Below, piece after piece: positions 37,842-50,170 of a stretch of DNA of 64,000 bases. The notes under the pieces were generated by a model. It saw only the letters and a list, made by a program, of their open reading frames with translations, made no database searches and was not told where the DNA came from. The stretch covers positions 91,204,001-91,268,000 of the forward strand of contig NC_087472.1 in the NCBI RefSeq assembly GCF_036321535.1, written 5' to 3'. The translations under genes and the position numbers were made by a program. The stretch is from Camelus dromedarius. Lineage: Eukaryota. The number at the start of each line of letters is the position of its first letter. The stretch's first letter is position 1.

Positions 37842-39307
37842 CTAAAACAGAGGACAAGAGTCATATATGTCAATAACAACATACATGCAATTCAGGCATT
37901 AAAGCAATGAAGACTATTCAGTTATTTACTGAGCTAGAGATTCCGTATGGTTCCTAAATATTGCTTCACAGTTAAAATGCAACAAATATTAACTGGGCCA
38001 ATTCTAAAATTAGCAAATAAACACTACTGCTGTTTACCAAGGCAAGCCATACCCATTTTTCTCAAATCTCAGCATATGTTACCAAGAGAGAGCCTAAAGA
38101 TGGTAACTATAACCATTTTGGAGGCCTAGGACTTTGGACACTTAAAGTATCCTTTAGCTTAGACCAGGACTTTTTGTTTTATAATGGTATCAAAGGGGAA
38201 ACAGAAGGAAAAAAAAAATCAGTGAAAACATTCAGCTGCAATGTTTTTTTCTTTCCTTTTCCACACCATCAGTATGCAGCCAAAAACTCAGGATAAAGAA
38301 AAAAAATAACAGAACTTTTCTGAAAACAGCATTTAAGTTTTAAAAAATAAAATTTAAATTACAGTTCTTCTAGGGAATATTTGGACTCTTCCACCAAACA
38401 TTCCCAAGAAGCAGAAGGAAATTGGCATTAGCTAATTCTGTATATATTTATGTATACAGAAGAGCTTTGTAAGGTGTAAAGCACTAATACCAACATAAAG
38501 TGTGGTTATTATGAAAGCAGAAGATGTGAACAAATTTATCAAGAATATGAAGAATACAGGAAAAGGTAATCTAGTTTTAAATTCTCATGCAAGTAACCGA
38601 AATTGTATCATTAATTAAAAGATAATTTAATGTTCTGCTGATGTAAATAATTTTCATTTCATTTCTGTTGATGTTAAATAACTTTCATTCCATATTTATA
38701 TATAGCACTTTGGTGATGGTGCTGCGTTGATTAATGCTTGTCAGATTTCTATAAAGAGATGTTCCCCCATCAATAAAAAATTTTACATTTTAAACCCAGG
38801 TCATCTTCTAATTTATTAAAAGATATAATTTAACTCTTTCCCTAATTAGGAAGATTTTTTAAATGTTTCACTTTCTTGGCAACATATGAAATACATGATT
38901 TCCATTTATGCTATTAATTTGAAGAAAAATTGAGCTATCATTAGATAATCTTTCAAAAATAATTATTGTATTTAAATTACTACAGTTTATGTAACATGTT
39001 TTATAACATACTGAGCAATTTTACTCTTATAAGAATATTCAGAAATCAATATTCAAAACTAGTAATTTTGAATTTCAATCCCAATTTATTTCAGCAATAA
39101 TTAAAAAAAACTTCAGTTCACAAAATATATTCTTTTAACTAAGATAAAAGTGACTAAATTTTCCCCAGTTTTAGAGTTTTACAGAAACTCTGCTGACATA
39201 CTCTGGCGAATTCAAATATTAAGATTTCTCTAGCAGATTTTCAAAAGTATGAAAAACAGCATATATACAGTTGTAAGCCAATTTAACTGATTTCAAATAC
39301 TATATTT

Positions 39308-39400
39308 AAAAAAAAATTTTTAATGGAGGTACTGGCGATTAAACCCAGGACCTCGTGCATGCTAATCACGCTCTCTACCATTGAGCTATACCGTCCCCCC
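39308..39400 (-). mobile_element. Vic-1-type SINE in last GK intron
   Basis: Reverse-strand head; TSD TCAAATACT(A/G)TA. Confidence 0.88.
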
Positions 39401-39738
39401 GTCAAATACTGTACTTTAAATTTCACCTCTCACTCTGAAAGTCCTTTCATTTAAGCATTAACAGAAATTCTTTCACTTTTGCTGACTGCTGCAGCTGACA
39501 GCCGAATGCAGTCCCTCAAAGAAATCATTATCTACTAAAAATAAAAGAGATTAAGCAGAGTCACAGTCCTTAATTGTGACTGCCCCAAAGAATAACTGGT
39601 CTAACTAATTAGATCTTTAATGGATTTTCCAGGTTCCAAGAACAGGAAGAAGGAAAAACACTGAAAACTTTCTGCTGAGTTATACACAAATACATTAATG
39701 CTAACTAATACAATTGTCTGATTTAAAGAGGAACTGAC

Positions 39739-39825
39739 CTGAGAGGTACCTTGCTCCGATTAACATTACCATGCTACTCACTATAAAAAAGCCCAAGGGT
39801 AGACTACAGAAGATACTAGGGTCAC
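39739..39825 (-). CDS. GK: Glycerol kinase cassette exon, 87 bp (approx. exon 20), hydrophobic C-terminal segment
   Basis: ccacag|GTGACCCT...CTCTCAG|gtcagt; (G)[28 protein letters not shown](G); length divisible by 3, phase 1-1. Confidence 0.93.
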
Positions 39826-40442
39826 CTGTGGTCATCCAAGTGGGAGGGAATTCCAGTCAAGCAAACCAAAAGAGAGACACATAATTACAATATTTGTGTT
39901 AAGAATCACATGATAGCAAAACAAAGTTATAAAAATAGTATATTCATAAAAGCTAGCAAAGAGTTATTACTTCAAATCAAAAACAATCAATATTGAAGGC
40001 TTATGACAATTAACAAACAATACAGATAGCATGCCACAAGTAGTCAAGAACATAATGCATATAGACCAACATAAGCCTTCCACTGGCAAAGCCAAAGAAA
40101 GCTGATGGAGAACTTTTTGGGAGGCTGTTGATTTTAGCTTTCTTGATTCTTCCCCAAAAGATATTACATGAGCAATCCAATTCCTCCAAATTCAAATGCA
40201 AATTAGAGATCCTTTGGCTATCAGAGAAGAGTTATATTAGTCTACTGAAAATTAATTTCAAACCCTATTAGTTTTATTTTCTTTTTAAAATGAACTTGGT
40301 GTATAAGGAAATACACTTGAATATTAGTATTACTATAATTTAAAAACTAATTGTATTAGTCTACATCTTAAGATATTGCCTGAGAACACGGCTGTTTCAT
40401 TATTTTCTAACTTAAATTCTCTTGGAATCCCTTCCTTTGTAC

Positions 40443-40528
40443 ATATGTATTTTATATATGTATTTATATATTTATATATGTATTTATATATTTATTTATA
40501 TATTATATATATATACACACACACACAC
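40443..40528. repeat. AT-rich low-complexity repeat followed by (TA)n(CA)n
   Basis: Repeated TATATGTATTTA-like units. Confidence 0.9.
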
Positions 40529-42569
40529 TTTTCTTAAATTTAAAATTATTTCTCTAGAATATTAAATACTCTGAAAAAATGTTTTGTTGGGTTTCATATA
40601 AAGCCAAGAAGCCATCATTTATGATTAGCTCTCTCCAAAAAATATCAACCCCCCAATCACCTCTACTATATTTTAAACACATTGAACATATTTTAAAAAT
40701 TCTTTACAATACATTCAAATACAGTTACAAATAAGAAAATAAATATGACTGCTTCAAAATTGGCAAAGTGCTTTGGAAATTAAGCCAGCATTATATTCAT
40801 CCTATAAATTAAAGCACTTTAAGGAGTGCTGTAGCAATTTGAATATCCATTCAAGATGATTAGAATAGGATTCTGTCTCTATTGCTATCATCATATAGTT
40901 TGTTGATACAGCATACAGTTATATCATATAGCTTATATTGCTTAAGGAATACAATTAGCATTTCACTAATTGAATATTATTATTCTGTGTACAGTTTAGA
41001 GACTCAAAATATACACTAGAGTGCTTTTCATAAATTTACTCAAAGCTTTTTTTTTTCCAAATTTTGGTTTAAATCCATTGTTGTCTAATTGAAACAAAAA
41101 CAAAGTCTGAAAAATCTAAAGCTCTCAAAAAAAAATCAAATAATTTTATCATCAATGCTGATAGCAGAAACCAAAAGAAATCATGTAATTTTCTTCTAAC
41201 AACTTCTTCTCTTAAAATTCACTGACAGTAAGGTAGGCAAAGAGAAAAGGATCAATTGGTTTTGTGGGAATTTTGCAATTAAAATTATATCCTCAATTGT
41301 TAGTAAGGAGAAGTGTGTGTGGCACTGAGGGTTGGGGCGGGGGTGGGAGGGGGACAACGACTCAGGGAGAATTGCACCATTTAAAAAGATCCAACTAGCC
41401 AAAGAATCACATAACTCAAATTTTCATTAGCCATTAATTAAGGGCAATCACAAAATAAATCAGAGTGCATGTTTGTTATATCTTGCATAGCAACAAGCAC
41501 TGTGCTACAAAAATACCTACAACTGAGAAGTTAGATTATAAAGGGTCTCAAAATTGCACAGTCTTAGCAAGAAAGGCTTTGCCACCCTCTTAGAAAAGTG
41601 AGTCTCAGAACAAAACATTTAAAGAAAATGGATATTAAGCAAGTAGGAACATCTGAGACTGAAAATACAGATCACAGTGATCTGCGGTAATAGATGATCC
41701 CAGAAGCTTCTCCTAGAAGCCAGATAAACTAAAAGCGGTTCTATACTCACTTAGGGGTGGGAAGGCAGGTTATTTTTCATTTATAAGCTCTTCTCCATTA
41801 AAGTATATGCTTTAACATATTGGCCATTGTCCCACTCATTATGTTCCAAATCTTACATTTAGTAAAGAATTAAAATATTACATCAAACTAAAGGCATGTT
41901 TAAGCCGTTTAAATATCAAAGGCATATTAAAGACTGCTCAGGGCTGTTTACAACTAAATGGTTTTACTTAAGCCAAATACCTTCCCACCTAAGCAAATGA
42001 AAAATAGCCCTCTACTTTCTGCCAAGGGCATTTCCTAATTATGACATTTCTAATTTACTACATTTGGTACTTTTCTTCCTCTGATTCCAATGAATTCTCA
42101 TAAAATACACTCATTAAGAAGTCAGAAATCAAACTAGGCAACAGTGAAATAGGATCTGACATGAATACAGCTTTCAGTTAGTTGAAGTCATGAAGACAGC
42201 CCCCCAAAAAGGCAAAGAAAGACACGAAGAGGGGGAAAAAAAGTGTAGTTGATTTTTTTTTCCATTAAGAAGAAACTAAAAATAAGTTTACTTTCAGAAA
42301 ACTATGTTATCAATTGAAGTAGTAGGAGTAAACTAATAAGGAAAGATGGAGCAGGATACAGAATAAAGTATATATATCAACGTGATAATTTATATTTTAT
42401 GTTTAGAACTTTTCAAAATGTTTTCAAAGTGTTTTCAAAATGTTAGAAACTATGAGCCTATGATAATGCTTGTCTTCAAAGCAGCCTTGCTAGTATAAAT
42501 GGTCAGATACTTAAATAAGCTATTTAACATACTAAGACAAAGTGGAAATAATAATAAAAACATTTTTAC

Positions 42570-42650
42570 CACTTTCCGAAGACTGAGTTGTAACCCAACC
42601 CATTGACTTCATCACAGCTTTCTTCCACGTAGAATAACGAATTTCACTTT
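42570..42650 (-). CDS. GK: Glycerol kinase coding exon, 81 bp (approx. exon 19)
   Basis: ctttctag|AAAGTGAA...GAAAGTG|gtaaaa; [26 protein letters not shown](G). Confidence 0.96.
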
Positions 42651-43729
42651 CTAGAAAGAGGAGGTTAAAAAAACACACACAAGAAAGGTACTTTAGTGAG
42701 ATGTACCACACTTAATGTTCACTCAGCATCCTTGACAAATAGTTATACGTATTAAGCTGACATTGAGCTTTATCAGGACTCAGATTTGGGAGAGTTCATT
42801 CGCTAGTGAGTGCCAGTGAGTGGGAGAGACGCTTGCTTGGAAGTTGGAGGCAAGTTCAGCACAGTCAGCAGAGTGAAGGGAGATTGTGAGACAGGCTGCC
42901 TGCCAAGACCAGGCCACAAGCAAGTGGTCATGAAGTAGAAAGGGGAATCCTACTGGATCTGTTGTCTTTTTTTGGAGGTGGAGGAGCTTAGATATGGCGA
43001 GACGTATACTATAATGTAGAAAGACTAGAAGGAGAATTATTGTGGGTCCAGCCACAGGATTGAACAAATATTGATTTTTAACATGATTCAAATTGCATTC
43101 CTGTCAGATGGGATGTCTTTAAAGGTGGAAATCCACAACAAGAGGACTAAACAAGAATGGGCCCTGGTGTGTCCATGCACACTGTACTCCTCCTAATGAC
43201 AGGGAGGAAACATGCATGAAGCTGCCCTTCTCTCAGGCCTCCCGGCCTTCCACAGCACCCGAAGCCTGCAACACCCATTAGATATCAGTTGCAGCAGGAA
43301 GCTTTCCCGTGCCCTACACTTCTGGCCCCTCCTCCATCTTCCCAAAGCACCTGACACAGACCTCAGGATAGCAGCTACCACGGGGAATTTTCTTGGTTGT
43401 GTCTACCTGTCTCAATATACATGAGTCTCCCAAGGAGCAAGGACTTCAGTTCATTCATCTCTACATCCCCAAGTCCGGACAGTTTCTGGCCTTTACTTGG
43501 CTCTAAACAAACATGCACTGGAAGAATGAACTATCTACATCAGGGTGCCCAATCGCCCATGCGCGTGTGTGTGTGTGTTGTGGGGAGCGCGAAGGGCTCC
43601 TGAAAGGAAGGACAACAGATGTAAATGATCAATTCTGAGATAGGCCTTAAAAAATGGCAAAGATAGCTCTCCTTACACAACAGTAGTCCTTAACTCTGCA
43701 CAAAAATTCCCTGCTTTAACAGTGGGATT

Positions 43730-43867
43730 GGGGGAAGGGTATAGCTCAGTGGGAGGGCACATGCTTAGCATGCACGAGGTACTGGGTTCAATCCCCAGTA
43801 CCTCCATTAAATAAACCTAATTACCTCTCCTCCTCAAAAATAAAAAAAAATTTTTTTTAATTTAAAA
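43730..43867 (+). mobile_element. Vic-1-type SINE in GK intron
   Basis: GGGGGAAGGGTATAGCTCAGTGG...GGTTCAATCCCCAGTACCTCCA + AAACCTAATTACCTC tail. Confidence 0.9.
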
Positions 43868-44507
43868 GAAGAGTCGACTAGTATCTGATGGCCAAATACT
43901 TGCTCTGAATATTATTTGCTTGTTAAGGAGTTGGTTTTCTTCAGAATTTTCATATTTTTTTATTTCAGAAAAATCAAAACTTGATTTTTTTGAACTTCAT
44001 GTTATCCAATATGGCAAATTTAAGAATGAATTACAGATAGAATATCAGATTTTGAAATATATTTCTACATCAAGGTACATGGTACACTGACTATAAAATT
44101 ACTGATATTATAATTCATTTTCTTGTATTTAGAAAAGAATGAATAAAATTCAGAAGCACTGGCATAGTGCTCCAGAAAATTAAACAAAAATGCATTTGAA
44201 AGCTTATTTGCCAATAGCTCAAAATCCACTTTGACACTATTTTATACATAGGTTTTTAAAAAGTTTAAAAACCAAGTTCAATACATAAAACCTTACTTTT
44301 GTACTCACATAGAATTCAATTTCAGAGACGCACCACAATATTTCAATAAAGGTAGCAGTAGGAGCTTGCGGCTTAACTTAGTTTGTTAGGACAGTGAACC
44401 AGATATTTAATGCTCATTTATTTAAATTGCTGCTGCATTTGTTGGGCTAGCCCTGCTGTGCTTAAAAGTTATCAGAATGTCTCTTAGCCCAGCTGATCAT
44501 ATGCTAA

Positions 44508-44936
44508 AACTGGCCACTGGCACCAAATATGATCCAGTGTAGACATGAGGGGTTGGTGGCCAATACATCTCCCTTCTCATTTTCAAAAAGGGCTACACTA
44601 TCAACTCCCAATAGACCTGGAGGCCCCAAATGGCAGGAGATTCCACCTCCAGTGGACCTGGATCTTTATTATACATATTGCAATGTACTAGCCTGGTGAA
44701 TGGCACACCCACAAGTGCCATGACAGTTCTGAAGCTAACCATGGAAGGTCAAGAGAGAGGGTGGTGGCCCAATTCCTGGGAATCCATCCTCTTTCTCGCT
44801 CTCTCTCCTTCTGTGAGGTCTGCATTCTACCTACGAAGTGTGTATCTCCCTTTACTTCTTTAGTTAACTACCCTCCGCAGTGTATATCTCTCTAAATAAA
44901 TCTCTTACTAGGAAAAAAAAAAGAAAAACAAAAGCC
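44508..44936 (+). mobile_element. ERV LTR-derived fragment ending at the poly(A) site with an A tail, in GK intron (antisense to GK)
   Basis: LTR U3/R-like sequence, AATAAA 44895-44900, A-rich tail 44913-44933, candidate TSD TATGCTAA (44500-44507/44937-44944). Confidence 0.65.
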
Positions 44937-45353
44937 TATGCTAACAAACTAGAACTGATAGTGAGGCAGTGTTGCCCTCCTACATGAAAGGCCTGTAAAC
45001 AGTAGAAGTAAATGTTAAAAAAAGAAAAAAGTGATTTTAGAAGTTTTTTCTTAAAATAAGGAACTACTTCTCTCATTCACACTCATTCAGTGTAGCTCAG
45101 TAAGTTTAGTAGCCAAATCTCAAACAGCAGCATTTGCTATTTTATTTAGTTTCTTAATTTATGGATAAACAGAAAGGCAAACTCACTTTTCACCGTGTAC
45201 CATTCTTTAAACATCTCATTTTTATCTTTCTCCTTCCTCTTCCTTTATTCTGCCATCCTCCACCACTACCTCCCCATCCTCCTCCATTCCCTCACTGTCA
45301 CCCTCCCTTCCTCATCCTCCTTCCCTCCTAAGTGTTTCATTCTTAAAATGTAC

Positions 45354-45497
45354 CCTCAGCGTTGATCTGAGGTTCAAACCGCTCCATCGTGACAGCTGAC
45401 AAATCCTCAGGTTCAAGACTCCAAACACCAACTCCTTCTGCAGCCCCTGCTGCCATGGCAGCTCCCAGGGCAGTTGTTTCTGGCATTGAGGGTTTCA
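45354..45497 (-). CDS. GK: Glycerol kinase coding exon, 144 bp (approx. exon 18)
   Basis: cccttcag|TGAAACCC...GCTGAGG|gtacat; [47 protein letters not shown](E), ETTALGAA motif. Confidence 0.97.
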
Positions 45498-45607
45498 CTG
45501 AAGGGAGAGAGCTACATCAGTATCTCTGAACTCACATATGCCTAAAAAAACAATTCTTCAGAAGGAAACATTACTCTTGGAATTTAAAGGCATGAAGGCT
45601 TACTGAC

Positions 45608-45728
45608 CTACTGGGATATATAGAATGTCTGCTTGGAGCTGCATAAGAATTTTGTTGTTCGTCATTCCTCCGTCTACCTGCAAATGGCTGAGTGGAATTC
45701 CACAGTCGCGGTTCATGGCGTCCAAAAT
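45608..45728 (-). CDS. GK: Glycerol kinase coding exon, 121 bp (approx. exon 17)
   Basis: atttcag|ATTTTGGAC...CCAGTAG|gtcagt; [40 protein letters not shown](V), containing the VDGG ATP-binding motif. Confidence 0.97.
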
Positions 45729-46260
45729 CTGAAATTAACCAATGCAATGAACAGAATTAAAGTACTTCATAGTAACATCTCTGAAAACAGCAATCTTCTT
45801 TCAAAAATGCTCAAGAGCACCCCAAAGCCTACAGAATAAAAATTTGGATTTCTTATGCTGATCTTCCAAGTCCTCCTTGATCTGGTTACAACCAACGTTT
45901 TCTCTCACCACACCTCTCCACTCAGCCCTACATCCAGCCAAGCCAAACAACTCTATTTTGCACCCTGATTTTCTGCCATGATGCCTTTGTTTGTGCTATT
46001 ATTCCCTTTGGTTAATCTACCATTCAGCATACCCCTAAATGTAAAATGCTTGGTACTTGGCAGCTAACAGGAACTCAGAAGGTAATAACAGCTGGAAAAA
46101 GAACAAAAACTTACATTTATTAGATTAATGTTTAGACAGGCTTAATTTTGATTAATTATTACATTTATTGTGCTTTAAATAAATTTCTGGCTTTAATATA
46201 CAATTTGTTTAAGAGCAATAAAAGTGGATTAAGTACAAGAAAAAGGCCCATATTTATTAC

Positions 46261-46345
46261 CTCTCGGGTCTGGAAACAAACAGCTTCTAACGCAGCAAAA
46301 GCAATATGGCATTTATTGGTGAACTGAGTGAGCCCACAGATAATC
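46261..46345 (-). CDS. GK: Glycerol kinase coding exon, 85 bp (approx. exon 16)
   Basis: tttttag|GATTATC...CGAGAG|gtaata; [28 protein letters not shown] (inside ORF-track entry 46165..46359). Confidence 0.97.
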
Positions 46346-46815
46346 CTAAAAATACACACAAAGATTCTTAAGATCAGAGTGGAATAAACAAGTCAATTGA
46401 AGATGTCCTGAATATGGAAAGGTTGATTTTGGTAGAAAGAAATGTGCAGGGGAAAAAATGGACATTAAATAAACCAAAACTGGACATAAACATTAAATAG
46501 ATTGAAAAGTCCTTATAGTCTACAATCCTGCATCCACATATGAAAAAGTTCATGATCCAGCTGCATAGATGATATGTATAGTAATATTTTATTTTATATT
46601 GGTATTTTTATAGTATTCATCAGTATTCATCTACACTATGTCCTCTTGATATATAACTTGCTGGTATCTTGAAGGTAAAAGATATTAACACTAACATGAA
46701 TGTGGATATGGTGGGGGCTTGTTGTCAGATGATTTATAACTTCTTGGAGTGTAAAGGCTCTGAAATTACACTCTCCAAGTAGAAAAGATATCTTCAACAC
46801 TTAAAAATCATTTGA

Positions 46816-46898
46816 GGGGGGAGGGTATAGCTCAAGTGGTAGAGCGCATGCTTAGCATGCATGAGGTCCTGGGTTCGATCCCCAGGACCTCCATTAAA
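46816..46898 (+). mobile_element. Young short-form Vic-1-type SINE in GK intron
   Basis: Intact B box GGTTCGATCCC; perfect 13-bp TSD AAAAATCATTTGA (46803-46815/46899-46911). Confidence 0.92.
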
Positions 46899-47002
46899 AA
46901 AAATCATTTGAAAATAGATAGGAAACTGTTACCCAGTAAGTTATTAGCCAATGCTGTAAATAAATCAAGACCAACAAAAGCATACCTTACTTTCAATTCT
47001 TA

Positions 47003-47134
<132 letters not shown>

Positions 47135-47879
47135 TCACTCCAATATCTACTTACTTCAGTCAATAAACACACGTGTTTAAAAAATGAGGACAGAGCTTTG
47201 GGTTTTCTATTCATTAGTAAAGCAAAATGTTCCTAATTATGACAGGATGCGAGGGGCAACAGAACCAAATTTCCCACATTGAATATCCTCCAGTAAAAAT
47301 GTACCCCAGTCCCAGAAATAACAAACTGGATTAGTTTTGTTAAGGTATTTTAGCTCCTCTCCACTATTTTGAAGGTTGCTGATTAGTAGATAAAGTAGCC
47401 TCCAGTGTGTCCCTAATCAGAAATGTGTTTCTGATTGTCTCACCTTCAGGCAAAATTAAAGACGTAGATGAATGAGCGGGAAGGGGAGTTCAAAATAATT
47501 ATCCATTGACTGAAAATAGCCATATTAATGCTTAAATTATACATACTGGAGTTTTAATGCTCACTCTAAGAGTTAAAACATTTTCTCATCAGATAAATTT
47601 AACTGCAGAGTCTGGCAATCTTTTGTGTTCAGTTTTATACTTGGGTAATTTTTATGCCTTACCTAGCCAGTTTATTAGTAACCACCACTAATTATGTCAG
47701 TCCGTTGCTTTATAAATCCTCACAAAACAGTCTTTCATGTATAATTCAAACTCATAATAGGGATCCAAGTAGTTTAATGTCACATATGGGGCAAAGCACA
47801 AGTACTAAAAGATTACAAAGGTAAAAATGTTAAAATTTTTCATTATTTAGATTCTAACCCTTTGTTAGAACATACTCAC

Positions 47880-47958
47880 CAATTTCCTCTGAGGTCTTTA
47901 TAATTCCAAGATTGTCTCTTAGCCAGCGAATAACAGCACCAGCTATAGCTACAGAACC
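47880..47958 (-). CDS. GK: Glycerol kinase coding exon, 79 bp (approx. exon 14)
   Basis: ttttccgtag|GGTTCT...GAAATTG|gtgagt; [26 protein letters not shown](E). Confidence 0.97.
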
Positions 47959-48754
47959 CTACGGAAAAAAGGAATCCGAGAGAGAATATATGTTATCACT
48001 ATAGAAAGTTTTTATTGATCATATTCTCTGTGTATGACACTACCAGATGGATAAAATTTTAAAATTTGTCAAAAAAAACCCTTCAACTTGGGGACTTCTA
48101 CAAATATCATAAATTAGGCCTCCTAACAAATAGTTTTATCTAGGTCATTATAGAAACTTGTCATGAGACAGAGAAGCGAGCCCTCAAGCATAACATACCC
48201 TTGGACCTGTCCCTGTTGGTGTTCAGCAGTTTGCCTCTTGAACAATTGTTCTATCTGTTAATAAACTACTGAGGTATATTATTACCCAGAATACATTCCC
48301 GTCTTATCCACAAAGTTATTGGGAGAAGTCACATTAAGTTTTTTTCAAGCCCATTTCCCATATCCAACAGTATATGAAATCAAGCAACAGCAACAAAATC
48401 TTAGCAGAAAAGCTAACTACAAAGTAATTATTCTTAACAACAAGATCACCATGGGATGTGGGGGAGGGGTTGTATGGCTACAGTAATACGGAATAAAACA
48501 TACAATTTGGAGTCAGATGAACCAGACTTGAGTCTGAGTTCTAGTTTCTAATTGCTATGTGACCTTAGGCAAATTGGTTAGGCTTTCTGAGCCTCCATTT
48601 ATTCACCTATATCACAGTAGTGACTGTAACAAAACTTACCTAAACAAACTACCATGAGGCTCAATATGAGTATCTGGGAGGTTCTTATTGAATGTAAATA
48701 TCAGCATCATCAATTCTTTAAACGTTAAAAAAAAGTATCAGCCAATTCCATTGA

Positions 48755-49150
48755 CTGATGTATGATTAAAAAAATGTAGTATAGCCACACAATGGAAAAT
48801 TACTTGGCCATGAAAAGGAATGAAATTTTGTTGCAACACAGATGAACTTTGAAAACATTATACTAAGTGAAAGAAGCCAGTCACAAAAGACTATAGATTG
48901 TATGACTCCATTTATACCAAATGTCCAGAATAAGCAAATCCATACAGACAAAGAGTAGATCAGTGGTTGCCTAGGGGTGGGATGATGGGATTATTCTTTG
49001 GGGTGATAAGAATGTTGTAAAGTTAGATTGTGGTGATAGCTGTACAACTCTGTGAATATACTAAAAAAAAAAACATTGAATTATACACTTTAAATGGGCA
49101 AATCAATCACGTGACATGAGAATTACATCTTAATAAAGCTGTTTATAAAA
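48755..49150 (+). mobile_element. Old LINE-1 (L1MB-like) 3' end in GK intron
   Basis: CACAATGGAAAATTAC...GATGAACTTTGAAAACATTATACTAAGTGAAAGAAGCCAGTCACAAAAGAC; ends CTTAATAAAGCTGTT. Confidence 0.85.
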
Positions 49151-49843
49151 AGATCTTGAGGGCAAAGAGTATCAGCACAAACTATTAGGAATTCCAAAAA
49201 AAGGTTTTTGGTTCTGATGTTTCTTTCATAGAGATTATTAATGTAAATTACTTCCACAAAGTCACCCCAAACCCAAACCTCAGGTGGTATTAAGTGTAGG
49301 AAGCAGAATGCTTCTTATATGTTGCCTGCCTCTCTGTCCCCAATTCCATTCATTGAATTACAAATGGGTGCTACTTCCTGCTGTCAGTTTTCATGACGTA
49401 AACAAACTAGATGCTGAGTATGTTGATACTGTCTACCATTCACAGCTGCTCTGAAAATAAGTCAATATATGCTACTGCAAAGCTGGCAGAACAATACAGT
49501 TGTTCTTTTTATACAGTGGCTTTTCAGCTATAAAAAGTTATTTGAGGAACAGATTTGACATTGCTGTGTGAATATAACCAGGCTTTAAAAATGGGACAAA
49601 GATAATTCAGCAAATTCCTGACAAGGAATTCCAACCCAATGCTTCCTCCCAAAAAGGAAGTTCTTAATACACTTCCTAACTTTGATATATTAAATATTTA
49701 CGTACATAATGGGATCATGAGGGAGAACTAAGTAAACTTTTTGCCTACGGAGATAACAATTCAACTCTTAAACATTATTTGGAAGCAAAAAATTCAGAGA
49801 CAGTAGTTGCCAAAGATTGCTAAATATGTAAGATATTCTAGAC

Positions 49844-50170
49844 CCAGTGGTGTTTAACAGAAATATGTGAGCCACATATGTAATTTAAATTTTCTAGTTA
49901 CCATATTAAAAAAGGTTAGATTAATTGTAATATATTTTGCTTAACCCAATATATTGAAAATATTATGACTGCAATGTGATCAATATAAAAATGAAGATTA
50001 TATATATAATAATAGAGAGTATATGTGTATATATACATATATTCTACTAGGTCTTTGAAATTGGGTATATATTTTACACTTACAGCACATCTCAATCCAG
50101 CCTAGCCATATTTCAAGTGCTCAACAGTCACATTTGGCTAGTGGCTACCATATTATTTTGGATAACACAG
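49844..50170. mobile_element. MER33-like hAT-Charlie MITE
   Basis: GAGCCACATATGTAATTTAAATTTTCTAGT...GGCTAGTGGCTACCATATT; TSD-like TTCTAGAC/TTCTAGAT. Confidence 0.82.
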
